A stretch of 64,000 bases of DNA from Rhodospirillales bacterium (GTDB lineage: Bacteria > Pseudomonadota > Alphaproteobacteria > Kiloniellales > JACOMY01): contig OY770024.1 in NCBI GenBank assembly GCA_963669375.1, positions 361,760 through 425,759 on the forward strand, given 5' to 3'. A program made the position numbers and the translations under genes. The notes under the pieces were generated by a model. It ran no database searches, had not been told where the DNA came from, and saw nothing but the letters and a program-made list of their open reading frames with translations. Positions 40,054-49,111 of the stretch are shown piece by piece (position 1 is the stretch's first letter; each line of letters begins with the position of its first letter).

Positions 40054-41268
40054 TCAGGCCGCTGTCGCCGTGGCGCCGCGGAGCGGCTTGTCGGCGATTG
40101 GGAAGTGCACCACGGCCGCCAGGAGACCCAAGGCAATCGCGATCCACCAGACCATGTCGTAGGACTGGTTCAGGTCATAGCTGATGCCGCCCAGCCAGGC
40201 GCCGAAGAAGGCGCCGATCTGGTGGCTGAACATCACGATCGCAGCCAGTGTCGCCATGTAGCGCGTGCCGAAGATCTGACCGACCAGTCCGGTGGTAAGC
40301 GGCACGGTGGAGAGCCACAAGAGGCCGAAGCTGGCCGAGAAGAGCCAAACCGCCCACTCGGTCTTGGGTCCCAAAAGGAAGGCGCCGATCACCACCGCGC
40401 GGGCCAGGTAGATGGCCGAAAGGATGTACTTCCTGGGGAAACGGCCGCCGAGCCAGCCCGCGCCCAGGCCGCCCAGGATGTTGAAGAAGCCGATGATCCC
40501 AAGGGCCGCCGCGCCGACGTCGGCGCCCAGGTTGCAGGCCACGATGTAGCCCGGCAGGTGGGTCCCGATGAAGGCGACGTGAAAGCCACAGACGAAGAAG
40601 CCGAGGTTCAAGAGGCGGTAGCCGCTGTGCCGGCCGGCCTCCGACAGGGCGCCGCTCAGGCTCTGGCCGGCCATGGCGACACTTGCGGGCTTGCCCCGCA
40701 CGGCGAGCGCCAGCGGAATCATCAGCATGGAGAGCAAAGCCAGCACCCAGAGCGCCTCGACCCAGCCGAACTCGTCGATCAGCACCTGGCTTCCCGGTAG
40801 TAGCAGGAACATGCCGACCGACCCGCCGGTCGCGGCCAAACCAAGCCACAAGGCCTGCTTTTCGGGCGGTGCTGCCCGCGCGACGGCGGCCAGGACCAGC
40901 GGAAAGCCGGCCGCGCCGACACCGAGGCCGACCAGCAGGCCCCCGCCAAGATGCAGGGTGAAGAGCGAGTCGCCGGTGGCCATCAAGATGATGCCCAGCC
41001 CGTAGCAGATCCCGCCGAAGGCGACCACGCGGCCGGCCCCGTAGCGGTCGGCGATGATGCCGAAGAAGGGCGCGGCCGCGCCCCAGAGTACGTTCTGCAC
41101 GGCGATCGCCAAGGAGAAGTCGCCGCGGCCGATCCCCATGCCGTCACTCATCGGCGCCACGAAAAGGCCGAAGGCCTGGCGCACGCCCATGGAGAGCGCC
41201 AGGATCAGGCCGCAGGCCAGCAGCAGGAAAAAGGCCTGCTGCGCGCCCGACTGCCGCGCGCTAGACAA
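40054..41268 (-). CDS. MFS transporter
   Basis: A 404-aa protein with about 12 predicted hydrophobic helices. An MFS-like loop, IADRYGAGRV, follows TM2. Confidence 0.8.
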   Translation of the reverse strand: MSSARQSGAQQAFFLLLACGLILALSMGVRQAFGLFVAPMSDGMGIGRGDFSLAIAVQNVLWGAAAPFFGIIADRYGAGRVVAFGGICYGLGIILMATGDSLFTLHLGGGLLVGLGVGAAGFPLVLAAVARAAPPEKQALWLGLAATGGSVGMFLLLPGSQVLIDEFGWVEALWVLALLSMLMIPLALAVRGKPASVAMAGQSLSGALSEAGRHSGYRLLNLGFFVCGFHVAFIGTHLPGYIVACNLGADVGAAALGIIGFFNILGGLGAGWLGGRFPRKYILSAIYLARAVVIGAFLLGPKTEWAVWLFSASFGLLWLSTVPLTTGLVGQIFGTRYMATLAAIVMFSHQIGAFFGAWLGGISYDLNQSYDMVWWIAIALGLLAAVVHFPIADKPLRGATATAA

Positions 41269-41413
41269 GGTGGTGGCCGTGCTTCGTCATCTTGAGGACA
41301 AGGATTATCACGGGCAAGGCAGCGGCGGTTCCCCCTCTCGATGCAAGACTGTGTTGCTTGCCGGGGCAGAGGCGGTCGCCTAGCGGTACGGGAGCCGGTC
41401 TCGCCGACGCCCG

Positions 41414-41956
41414 CTAGATGGGATTGCCCAGTTGATCCTCAATGTACTCCAGGTTCCGCCTGGCGCCCGGCATCTGGGGGTGGATCGCCAGCGCCGAAAC
41501 GAATGCCGCTTCCGCCTCCTCCAGACGGCCCAGGGCCATGAGGCAGAGACCGCGTCCCGAGAGCGCCCCGAAATGCCTGGGCTCCAGGGCCAGCACGCGA
41601 TCGATATCGGCCAGCGACTCGTCGTAGCGGTCCAGCATGTAGTAGATCGTAGCGCGCCTGTTCCATCCCTCGGCGTAGTCAGGCGCACGATCGACCACTT
41701 GGTCCGCCTGCAGCAGCGCCTCCTCCATCAGACCCTCGCCGATGGCATTGGCGGAGATGCGCATCATCTGCATCACCAGTTCGTCTTCGTGCGCCAGCCA
41801 AAGCGACCAAATGATGCTCTCCACCTTCTGCGCTTGATGCAGGTTCGGCGCCTCGGCCAGCACGTCGAACAGCGGCGGCAGGCGCGGGTCGTCCTGATCG
41901 GCCTTGGCCGCACCGAGGCTCGTCAACAGCAGCAGTAGGACGGCGATCGCTCTCAT
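41414..41956 (-). CDS. Secreted/periplasmic TPR-repeat protein
   Basis: A signal peptide (MRAIAVLLLLLTSLGAAKA) is present. TPR-like repeats include APDYAEGWNRRATIYYMLDRYDESLADIDRVLALEP. Confidence 0.7.
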   Translation of the reverse strand: MRAIAVLLLLLTSLGAAKADQDDPRLPPLFDVLAEAPNLHQAQKVESIIWSLWLAHEDELVMQMMRISANAIGEGLMEEALLQADQVVDRAPDYAEGWNRRATIYYMLDRYDESLADIDRVLALEPRHFGALSGRGLCLMALGRLEEAEAAFVSALAIHPQMPGARRNLEYIEDQLGNPI

Positions 41957-42036
41957 AGCACCGTCAAATCTAGCGCAAAGCGCGCGCGATGACAGCCCGG
42001 GGCCGATCCCGACCCTTCACGAGGCTTTGAGCGGGA

Positions 42037-42489
42037 TTACACGGCCTTCAGCAAGATCTTGAGCTTGAAAGGCAAATCGAGGCCGGTGACGTCGCGGATT
42101 TCGGCCTTGCGGTCGCCGGTTCGGTAGATGGACCAGGCAATGGACTTGCCGCCGATGGCGATCGAGGGCTCGATGTGCCGCCGCTTCTCCGCCATATCGG
42201 AGGTGATAGTGACCGATTGGTCTTCCTTGCGCTTGCCGTTGTAGGTCACCACCGCCGGATTGCCAGGCCCCTCCTGGCGGTAGGTGAAGGCGAGCTCGAG
42301 ATCGATGGTCGGCACCTCCTGGCCCATGATCGACTGCTCAGGAATCTGCAGCGTGAGGGACAGCTCCTCGTCGCTGCGGGCCTCCACGCGGCCGGTGCCC
42401 CGGAGCGTGAAGAGCAGGATCTTCGCCTCGACCAGCAACTCCTCGCCCGTGGGAAAGGGAAAGAAGTCATCCCAAACGCCTGCCGTCAT
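42037..42489 (-). CDS. Hypothetical protein
   Basis: A 150-aa ORF with coding-like GC3. No family was recognised. Confidence 0.45.
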   Translation of the reverse strand: MTAGVWDDFFPFPTGEELLVEAKILLFTLRGTGRVEARSDEELSLTLQIPEQSIMGQEVPTIDLELAFTYRQEGPGNPAVVTYNGKRKEDQSVTITSDMAEKRRHIEPSIAIGGKSIAWSIYRTGDRKAEIRDVTGLDLPFKLKILLKAV

Positions 42490-42548
42490 GCTCGCCCCTT
42501 CCTTTGCCTCATTGGATCACCGGGCATATCAGCAAGCAGCACCCCGGT

Positions 42549-42854
42549 TCAAACCTTTGCTTCCCCGCGCGACAGCAAAGACCACTGCGCCACCTCCTTG
42601 TTGCGCACCCAGGGTAGCACCTTGGCGTCGAAGTCCTTGAAATGCGTGCTCTCCAGGTGCGCCTGGAAGGCCGCGCGATCGCGGTAGATCTCATAGAGGA
42701 AGATCCTGGCCGGATCCGCCGGATCCACGGCCACGTCGAAGACGAGACAGTCGGGCTCCAGGGCAAGCGAGTTCGCGGCCTGTGCCGAGACGGCGACCTG
42801 GAAGGCCTCCACCTCGTCCGCCAAGACGTCAAACACCACGGTCACGACATGCAT
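42549..42854 (-). CDS. Antibiotic-biosynthesis-monooxygenase (ABM) domain protein, YgiN-like
   Basis: A 101-aa protein with a ferredoxin-like pattern (MHVVTVVFDV..FLYEIYRDRAAFQAHLESTHFKDF). Confidence 0.7.
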   Translation of the reverse strand: MHVVTVVFDVLADEVEAFQVAVSAQAANSLALEPDCLVFDVAVDPADPARIFLYEIYRDRAAFQAHLESTHFKDFDAKVLPWVRNKEVAQWSLLSRGEAKV

Positions 42855-42874
42855 GGGACCTCCTTCCTGACATC

Positions 42875-42937
42875 TTTGAAAGCGAGAGCAGGTTCACGCA
42901 ATCAGGTGATTAGACCCGATTGCAATCTGCTCTACGT
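42875..42937 (+). repeat. REP/MITE-like hairpin element, partial copy (unit B only)
   Basis: tttgaaagcgagagcaggttcacgcaatcaggtgatt..gcaatctgctctacg matches 58611-58668 and 51771-51830. The terminal inverted arms are agagcag..ctgctct. Confidence 0.7.
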
Positions 42938-43564
42938 TGGAAAGCGCTCTTCGAGCTCGGCCACTTGGGTAGCCGTGAGGATCCGGGGATTGCAGCCCCG
43001 CAAGAGCAGGTGGAGCTTTGCCGTCTCCTCCAGCTCCTCGGTCGCGTAGACCGCGTCGGCCAGGGACTTGCCGGCCACCACCGGGCCGTGGTTTGCCAAC
43101 AGGAGGGCATGATGCTTGCCGGCAAGCCCGGCCACTGCCTCGGCCAGGGTCTCGTCGCCCGGCGGATAGTAGGGCACCAAGGCCAGGCGACCGACGCGCA
43201 TCACCGCGTAGGCGGTGATCGGCGGCAGCACGTTCCGGGGATCGAGATCCGGCAGGCAGCTGACGGCCACCGAGTAGGTGGAGTGCAGGTGGACCACCGC
43301 GCCGCTCGCCGGTCGCTTGCCGTAGACGCTGCGGTGCAGGAAGGCCTCCTTGGTCGGCGGATCGCCGCCGATGTGCCGGCCCTCTCGGTCCAGCCGCGAG
43401 AGCCGGGCCGGGTCCAGCATGCCCATGGCGCTGCCGGTGGGCGTCATCAGCCAGCCGTCCTCCAGCCGGACCGAGATGTTGCCACTGCTGCCGAAGGTAA
43501 GCCCGCGGTCGTAGAGCGACTTGGCGAAGACGACGATGGCCTCGCGGTGGCGGGCTTCGCTCAT
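42932..43564 (-). CDS. otnC: Class II aldolase/adducin-family protein, probable 3-oxo-tetronate 4-phosphate decarboxylase
   Basis: The N-terminus is AIVVFAKSLYDRGLTFGSSGNISVRL..MTPTGS, and HLHS is present. It is adjacent to, and overlaps, a DUF1537 kinase gene. Confidence 0.6.
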   Translation of the reverse strand: MSEARHREAIVVFAKSLYDRGLTFGSSGNISVRLEDGWLMTPTGSAMGMLDPARLSRLDREGRHIGGDPPTKEAFLHRSVYGKRPASGAVVHLHSTYSVAVSCLPDLDPRNVLPPITAYAVMRVGRLALVPYYPPGDETLAEAVAGLAGKHHALLLANHGPVVAGKSLADAVYATEELEETAKLHLLLRGCNPRILTATQVAELEERFPT

Positions 43565-44817
43565 GTCAACCTCGCCAAGGCCTTCTCGAAGAAGTCCGGC
43601 GTGCCGAAGTTCCCGGACTTGAGCGCCAAGGCCAAGGGCGGATCGCCTCGGCTGACGGTCCAGGGCACGCCCGGGTCTATGGCTGGGCCGATGTCCAGGG
43701 CCTCGATGCCGAGGGCTGCGACCACGGCGCCGGAAGTCTCGCCGCCGGCGACGATTAGGCGGGAGAGGCCGCGCTCGGCCAAGCCCTTGGCGATCGCCGC
43801 CATGGCGTCCTCCACCCGATCGCCGGCGGCATCGCGGCCAAGGCGGGCCTGCACCTCGGCGATCCGCTCCGGCGGTGCCGAGGAGGCGATCACCAGCGGT
43901 CGGCCGGGGTCTTGATCCTCCGCCCAGGCCAGCGCCCCGGCGGCAAGCCCTTGCGTTTCCTCGGCGCCGAGCGGATCGAGACGATAGACGGGCCAGATCT
44001 GCGAGGCCCGCTCCACCTGCCCGCGCGTGGCCTCCGAGCAGCTGCCGGCGAGGATCGCCGCCCCGCCCTCGCCCCTGGGCGGACGGACCACCGCGGAGGC
44101 GAGGTCGCTCTTGCCGGTGAGCGCCGCCGGCAGGCCCAGAGCGATCCCCGACCCGCCGGTGATGAGGCGCAGGTCCTTCGCGGCCAAGGCAATTGCCCTC
44201 AAGTCGCCTTCGTCCAAGGCATCGACCACGGCGTGACGCACGCCTTGGCGCGCCAGGCGGACCAAGGCGCTGCCGATCGCGCCCGCGCCCTGCCGGACGA
44301 TGACCCAGGGCACCAGGCCCACCGGGTGCGGCGTCTGACGGCCGAGAACCCGCACCAGGTTGCTGTCGCGCATCGGCGTCAAGGGGTGATCGCGCATCGG
44401 CGAGTCCGACAGCAAGGTCTGGCCGACGAAGAGATGGCCCTGATAGACGCTGCGCTGATTGGCCGGAAAGGCCGGGCAGGCAACGGTCATGGAAGCCTGC
44501 AGCCGCTCCAGTAAGGCGTCGGCCACGGGGCCGATGTTGCCCTCGTCGCGGCTGTCGAAGGTCGAGCAGTATTTGAAGAAGAAGCGCTCCGCGCCGGCCG
44601 CCTGCAGGAGCTCGGCCGCCCGCAGGGACTGCGCCACGGCCTCTTCCGGCGGGATGGTTCGGCTCTTCAGGGCGACCACCACCGCCTCCGCGTCGGCCGG
44701 CAGGTGCCCGCTCTTCGGCAGGCCGATGACCTGCACCGTCTTGAGGCCGCCGTCGGCCAGCATCAAGGCCAGATCGCTGGCTCCCGTCACATCGTCGGCT
44801 ATGGCGCCCAGCAGCAT
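43561..44817 (-). CDS. otnK: Four-carbon acid-sugar kinase family (DUF1537), probable 3-oxo-tetronate kinase
   Basis: The N-terminus is MLLGAIADDVTGASDLALML. Length is 418 aa. It is paired with a class II aldolase. Confidence 0.6.
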   Translation of the reverse strand: MLLGAIADDVTGASDLALMLADGGLKTVQVIGLPKSGHLPADAEAVVVALKSRTIPPEEAVAQSLRAAELLQAAGAERFFFKYCSTFDSRDEGNIGPVADALLERLQASMTVACPAFPANQRSVYQGHLFVGQTLLSDSPMRDHPLTPMRDSNLVRVLGRQTPHPVGLVPWVIVRQGAGAIGSALVRLARQGVRHAVVDALDEGDLRAIALAAKDLRLITGGSGIALGLPAALTGKSDLASAVVRPPRGEGGAAILAGSCSEATRGQVERASQIWPVYRLDPLGAEETQGLAAGALAWAEDQDPGRPLVIASSAPPERIAEVQARLGRDAAGDRVEDAMAAIAKGLAERGLSRLIVAGGETSGAVVAALGIEALDIGPAIDPGVPWTVSRGDPPLALALKSGNFGTPDFFEKALARLT

Positions 44818-45037
44818 CGCTCTTCTCCCGTCACCTCGTCGACGCGGCAGCGCCGGCAGTCTGGCATCACCCCGTCTGGCATCGCCCCTCCGCTACAGGG
44901 GAATCCGCGAAAGGATGGTCACGAGGATCGCGTCAAGAAGCAAGGCCGCTACTGCTCGGACCGCTCTGGCGCCGGACCTGTGCCGATCGCCATTGGGCAG
45001 GTGGACAACGTGGTTGAGAGTATGAATTTATTAACGT

Positions 45038-46150
45038 ATGCATTGTCAACAGCTCAAACGCATGCGAAAAATGAGTCCGCCCACAGGACGAAGCACGGTA
45101 GGCTTGATGGAGGGGGAGAGCTTGGCAGAGAGCCGCAACGAGGAAGCCAATCTGGACAGCCATGGGCGTGGCCTGAACCGACCCGAATGCGTCTTGGCGC
45201 ACGAGAGCGGACGGCTCTTCGTGTCCGACTGGAGCGGCGGCGGCGGCATTGCCGTCGTCAACGCGGACGGCTCCGTGCAACGCCTCTTGGCGCGGGACCG
45301 GGCGCACGCGCTACGGCCCAACGGCATCGCGCTGGAGGAAGGCGGCAGCTTCCTGCTGGCCCACCTGGGGGAAGACGAGGGCGGCATCTTCCGACTTCAG
45401 CCCGACGGCAGCACGGAAAGCGTCTTGACGGAGTTGGACGGGCGCGCCCTGCCGCCCAGCAACTTCGTCACGCGCGATGGTCGCGGGCGCATTTGGGTCA
45501 CGGTCAGCACGACACGTCAGCCGCGCGCGCTCGGTTATCGCAGCGACGTGGCCGACGGCTTCATTCTTCTGATCGACGACGAGGGCGCGCGGCTGGCGGC
45601 CGACGGGCTGGGCTACACGAACGAGTGCGCCCTGTCGCCGGACGGCACCTCGCTCTTCGTCAACGAGACCTTCGCCCGCCGCACCACGGTGTTCGACGTC
45701 GGCCCGCGTGGCGATCTCCACCGGCCCCGTACCCTGACCACCTACGGTCCCGGCACCTTTCCCGACGGCCTCGCATTCGACAGGGAGGGAGCTCTTTGGA
45801 TCACCTCCGTCGTCAGCAATCGCGTGATCAGGGTCTCCAGCGACGGCAAGCAGGAGTTGGTCCTGGAGGAGAACGACCCGCGCTTCGTGGAGGAGGCCGA
45901 AGCGGCCTTCCTGGAAGGCCGGATGGGTCGCCCGCATCTGGATCGCAATCCGGCGCCGCGGCTCAGGAACATCTCCAGCCTAGCCTTCGGCGGCCGACAG
46001 CTCGAGCGCGCCTATCTCGGCTGCCTGCTGGGCAACTCGATCCGCAGCTTCATTCCCGGCGTCCAGGGCCTGCCGCCCGTGCATTGGCATGCCGATCTCA
46101 CCCCCCTCCTGGCAGCGTTGGCCAGTCACCCGAACGAGGAGCTGCCATGA
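45038..46150 (+). CDS. SMP-30/gluconolactonase/LRE-like beta-propeller protein (possible lactonase)
   Basis: The sequence reads ..PECVLAHESGRLFVSDW..PNGIALEEGG..PDGLAFDREGALWITS. The start is uncertain: 45038, 45062, 45071 or 45107. Confidence 0.6.
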   Translation: MHCQQLKRMRKMSPPTGRSTVGLMEGESLAESRNEEANLDSHGRGLNRPECVLAHESGRLFVSDWSGGGGIAVVNADGSVQRLLARDRAHALRPNGIALEEGGSFLLAHLGEDEGGIFRLQPDGSTESVLTELDGRALPPSNFVTRDGRGRIWVTVSTTRQPRALGYRSDVADGFILLIDDEGARLAADGLGYTNECALSPDGTSLFVNETFARRTTVFDVGPRGDLHRPRTLTTYGPGTFPDGLAFDREGALWITSVVSNRVIRVSSDGKQELVLEENDPRFVEEAEAAFLEGRMGRPHLDRNPAPRLRNISSLAFGGRQLERAYLGCLLGNSIRSFIPGVQGLPPVHWHADLTPLLAALASHPNEELP

Positions 46151-47250
46151 GCAACCTTCCCACCCTCAAGGTCGCGGTCTTTCCCGGCGACGGCATTGGC
46201 CCCGAAGTGATGGCGCCCTGCCTCACCCTGCTGCGCCAGGTCGAGCAAGAGGTAGGCGGCTTCTCGCTCTCCTTCGACAGTCACCCGGCCGGCGCCGGTC
46301 TCTATCGTGACGAAGGGGTGGCCCTGCCCGATGCCTCCATCGAGGCCGCGCGCGAGGCCGATGCGACCCTCTTGGCCGCCATGGGCTTGCCGGCGGTGCG
46401 CTATCCCAACGGCACCGAGATCGCGCCGCAGATAGACCTGCGCTTCGAACTGGGTCTCTATGCCGGCGTGCGACCGGTCCGCCCGATCCCGGGCGTGGCC
46501 CCCGCGCTGGCAGACCCGCGGGCGGCCGAGATCGACTTCGTGCTCATCAGGGAGTCCACGGAGGGACTCTTCGCCTCAAAGGACAAGGGCGAGATGGAGG
46601 GCAGCCGCGCGGCAAGGGAGACGCTTGTGATCACGCGAGAGGTCTGCGAGCCGCTCTTCGACTTCACCTTCCGCCTTGCGCGTCAGCGCAAGAAGACGGG
46701 TGGGAAAGGCCGCGCCACCTGCGTCGACAAGGCCAACGTCTTTCAGGCCTTCGCCTTCTTCCGGCAGATCTTCGACGAGCGCGCCGCCGACTACGACGAC
46801 CTGACGATCGATCACGACTACGTCGACGCGGTCGCGATGAAGATGGTCCGGCGCCCTTGGGACTTCGACGTGCTGGTGACAGAGAACATGTTTGGCGACA
46901 TCCTCTCCGACTTGGGTGCCGGCTTGATCGGCGGCATGGGCATGGCGCCGTCGGCCGACATCGGCGATCGGCACGCGGTCTTCCAGCCCTGCCACGGCAC
47001 CGCCCCCGACATCACCGGCCAGGGAAAGGCCAATCCCACGGCCATGTTCCTCTCCGCCGCCATGATGCTGGAGTGGCTGGCCGACCGCCACGAGACACCG
47101 GCCTGCGCCGAGGCCGGGCAGCGCATCCGCGACGCCGTCGACAGCGCATTCGCGGCCGGCGCGCTGCGGCCCTTCGAGCTGGGCGGCGAGGCCGGGACGG
47201 GGCGCATCACCGATGCCGTGCTGGCGGCCTTGGAGGACGGGCGCGCATGA
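46147..47250 (+). CDS. Isocitrate/isopropylmalate dehydrogenase-family oxidative decarboxylase (tartrate dehydrogenase-like)
   Basis: The sequence reads MSNLPTLKVAVFPGDGIGPEV, ..LIRESTEGLF.., ENMFGDILSDLGAGLIGGMGMAPSA. The start follows a GAGGAG site and makes an ATGA overlap. The listed 848-aa ORF is an upstream extension. Confidence 0.8.
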   Translation: MSNLPTLKVAVFPGDGIGPEVMAPCLTLLRQVEQEVGGFSLSFDSHPAGAGLYRDEGVALPDASIEAAREADATLLAAMGLPAVRYPNGTEIAPQIDLRFELGLYAGVRPVRPIPGVAPALADPRAAEIDFVLIRESTEGLFASKDKGEMEGSRAARETLVITREVCEPLFDFTFRLARQRKKTGGKGRATCVDKANVFQAFAFFRQIFDERAADYDDLTIDHDYVDAVAMKMVRRPWDFDVLVTENMFGDILSDLGAGLIGGMGMAPSADIGDRHAVFQPCHGTAPDITGQGKANPTAMFLSAAMMLEWLADRHETPACAEAGQRIRDAVDSAFAAGALRPFELGGEAGTGRITDAVLAALEDGRA

Positions 47251-48290
47251 GCCGCCGCCTCCGGGTCGCGCAGATCGGCGCCGGCTTCTTCGCCGCCTTC
47301 CATGCCGAGGCCTGGGCCCGCCTGCCCGACGCGGAACTGGTCGGCCTCTGCGACCTGGACCCCGCCAAGGCCGGCGCCTTGGCCGCCAAGAGCGGCGAAC
47401 CACGCGTGTTCTCCGATGCCGCGAGCATGCTGGACCAGCTGCAGCCGGACCTGGTCGATATCGCCACGCCGCCGACCACGCACCTCGTTCTGGTGACGTT
47501 GGCCTGCGAGCGCGGCCTGCCGGTCATTTGCCAGAAGGCCTTCTGCAGCGCGCTCGAGGAGGCGGAGACGGCGGTGCGGGTCGCGGAGGCCGCCGGCACG
47601 ACGGTGGTCGTGCATGAGAACTTCCGCTTTCAGCCCTGGTACCGCGAGGCCAAGCGCCTGCTCGACGCGGGCCGCCTGGGGCAGCTCTATCAGCTCGCCT
47701 TTCGCCTGCGGCCGGGGGACGGCCAAGGACCCGGCGCCTACCTCGACCGCCAGCCCTACTTCCAGAAGATGCCGCGCTTTCTCCTGCACGAGACCGGCAT
47801 CCATCTGATCGATACCTTCCGCTACCTCGCCGGCGAGGTCACCGCGGTCTTCGCCGACCTGCGCAGGCTGAACCCGGCGATCGCCGGAGAGGACTGCGGC
47901 CTCCTCGTCCTACGGTTCGGCGAGGGGCCGAGGGCGCTGTTCGACGGCAATCGCCTGGCCGATCACGCGGCCGACAATCGCCGCCTGACCATGGGCGAGC
48001 TCTTGATCGAAGGCAGTGCCGCCAGCCTGCGGCTGGACGGCTTCGGGCGACTCTTCCTGCGCGAGCATGGCGCATCGCGGGAGGTGGAGGTCTCCTATGC
48101 CTGGGACAACCGCGGCTACGGCGGCGACTGCGTTGCCTCCCTGCAGGCGCACGTGGTCCGCCATCTGCTGGAAGAGACGCCCTTGGAGAACAGCGCTCGG
48201 GACTATCTCGCCAACCTCCGGGTCGAAGCCGCCGCCTACCGCTCCGCCGAGGAAGGCAGATGGGTGGTGCCCGAGACGGCCCTCCACTAG
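47247..48290 (+). CDS. Gfo/Idh/MocA-family NAD(P)-dependent oxidoreductase
   Basis: A Rossmann N-terminus, MSRRLRVAQIGAGFFAAFHAEAW, is present. There is an ATGA overlap with the upstream gene. Confidence 0.75.
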   Translation: MSRRLRVAQIGAGFFAAFHAEAWARLPDAELVGLCDLDPAKAGALAAKSGEPRVFSDAASMLDQLQPDLVDIATPPTTHLVLVTLACERGLPVICQKAFCSALEEAETAVRVAEAAGTTVVVHENFRFQPWYREAKRLLDAGRLGQLYQLAFRLRPGDGQGPGAYLDRQPYFQKMPRFLLHETGIHLIDTFRYLAGEVTAVFADLRRLNPAIAGEDCGLLVLRFGEGPRALFDGNRLADHAADNRRLTMGELLIEGSAASLRLDGFGRLFLREHGASREVEVSYAWDNRGYGGDCVASLQAHVVRHLLEETPLENSARDYLANLRVEAAAYRSAEEGRWVVPETALH

Positions 48291-48291
48291 G

Positions 48292-48996
48292 GTGACCGCC
48301 GTGAGCGAAACGATCAGAGGACTGAAGGACAAGGAACCGGCGCGCAGCAGCAGCGAGCGGGCCTATCGCGCCTTGAAGCAGGCAATCCTAGAGAACAGGA
48401 TGCCGGCCGGCGCGCACTTCCTGGAAAACGAACTGGCCGAGCAGCAGCAGATGAGCCGCACGCCCCTGCGCGAGGCCTTGGTCAGGCTGGAGAACGAGGG
48501 CTTCATCGAGATCAGGCCGCGTCACGGCATCCGCGTGCTTCCGATCTCGCCCGAGGACATGCGCGAGATCTATCAGATCCTGACCGACCTGGAGGCCACC
48601 GCCGCCGAGCAGGTCGCCCGCAAGGGCTTGACCCCCGACGCCATGGCCGAGCTGGAGGCCTCGGTAGAGGAGATGGACCGCGCCTTGGCCGGCGGCGATC
48701 TCATGGCCTGGGCGCGAGCCGACGAAGCCTTTCACAAGGGCCTGGTCGAACACTGCGGAAACCAGCGCCTCAGGACCGTGGTCAACACCTTCTGGGACCA
48801 GGCCCACCGCGCGCGTATGCAGACCCTCAGACTGCGGCCCCTGCCGACCCAGTCGAACCAGGACCATCGCGCCGTCGTCGACGCGATCAAGCAAGGCGAC
48901 GCACAGCTGGCGCATGCGCTCCATCGCCGTCATCGCCAGCTTTCCGGCGAGATGCTGGTGTCGTTGCTGTCAGACTTGGGACTCCGTCAACTCTAA
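48292..48996 (+). CDS. GntR-family (FadR-type) transcriptional regulator
   Basis: A winged helix-turn-helix (SERAYRALKQAILENRMPAGAHFLENELAEQQQMSRTPLREALVRLENEGFIEI) is followed by an all-helical C-terminal domain. The start is GTG at 48292 or 48301. Confidence 0.8.
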   Translation: MTAVSETIRGLKDKEPARSSSERAYRALKQAILENRMPAGAHFLENELAEQQQMSRTPLREALVRLENEGFIEIRPRHGIRVLPISPEDMREIYQILTDLEATAAEQVARKGLTPDAMAELEASVEEMDRALAGGDLMAWARADEAFHKGLVEHCGNQRLRTVVNTFWDQAHRARMQTLRLRPLPTQSNQDHRAVVDAIKQGDAQLAHALHRRHRQLSGEMLVSLLSDLGLRQL

Positions 48997-49111
48997 CTTA
49001 TACCGACAAATCACCCTTAAGAGGCTACCGTCCCGCCGCAGGTTCGCCCCATTTCGTGAGACATCCCCAAGAGGACAAGAAATTGGCCTGTGTCAAAGGG
49101 GAGTTGACACG

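Noticed and set aside
39747-40147. Small ORFs lie at the right border of the AT-rich islet. These are 39918..40136 (-), 39935..40147 (-), a 43-aa minus-strand ORF at 39774-39905 and a 43-aa plus-strand ORF from 39792. I looked here for a controller protein, an integrase remnant, a tRNA or direct repeats.
   Set aside because: None has a helix-turn-helix-like sequence or a ribosome-binding site. Two of them overlap the 3' end of the MFS gene. No tRNA-like sequence, integrase fragment or flanking direct or inverted repeat could be found by eye, so the mobility mechanism of the islet remains unknown.
45005-45070. A possible GntR/FadR-type operator lies in the AT-richer divergent promoter region between the otnK-like and SMP-30-like genes. 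Candidates are ttgagagtatg ... cattgtcaa and the atgcat and gcatgc palindromes.
   Set aside because: Only short, imperfect inverted repeats are present. They do not give a convincing match to the GT-N-AC core layout of GntR operators, so this is not reportable without footprinting or comparative data.
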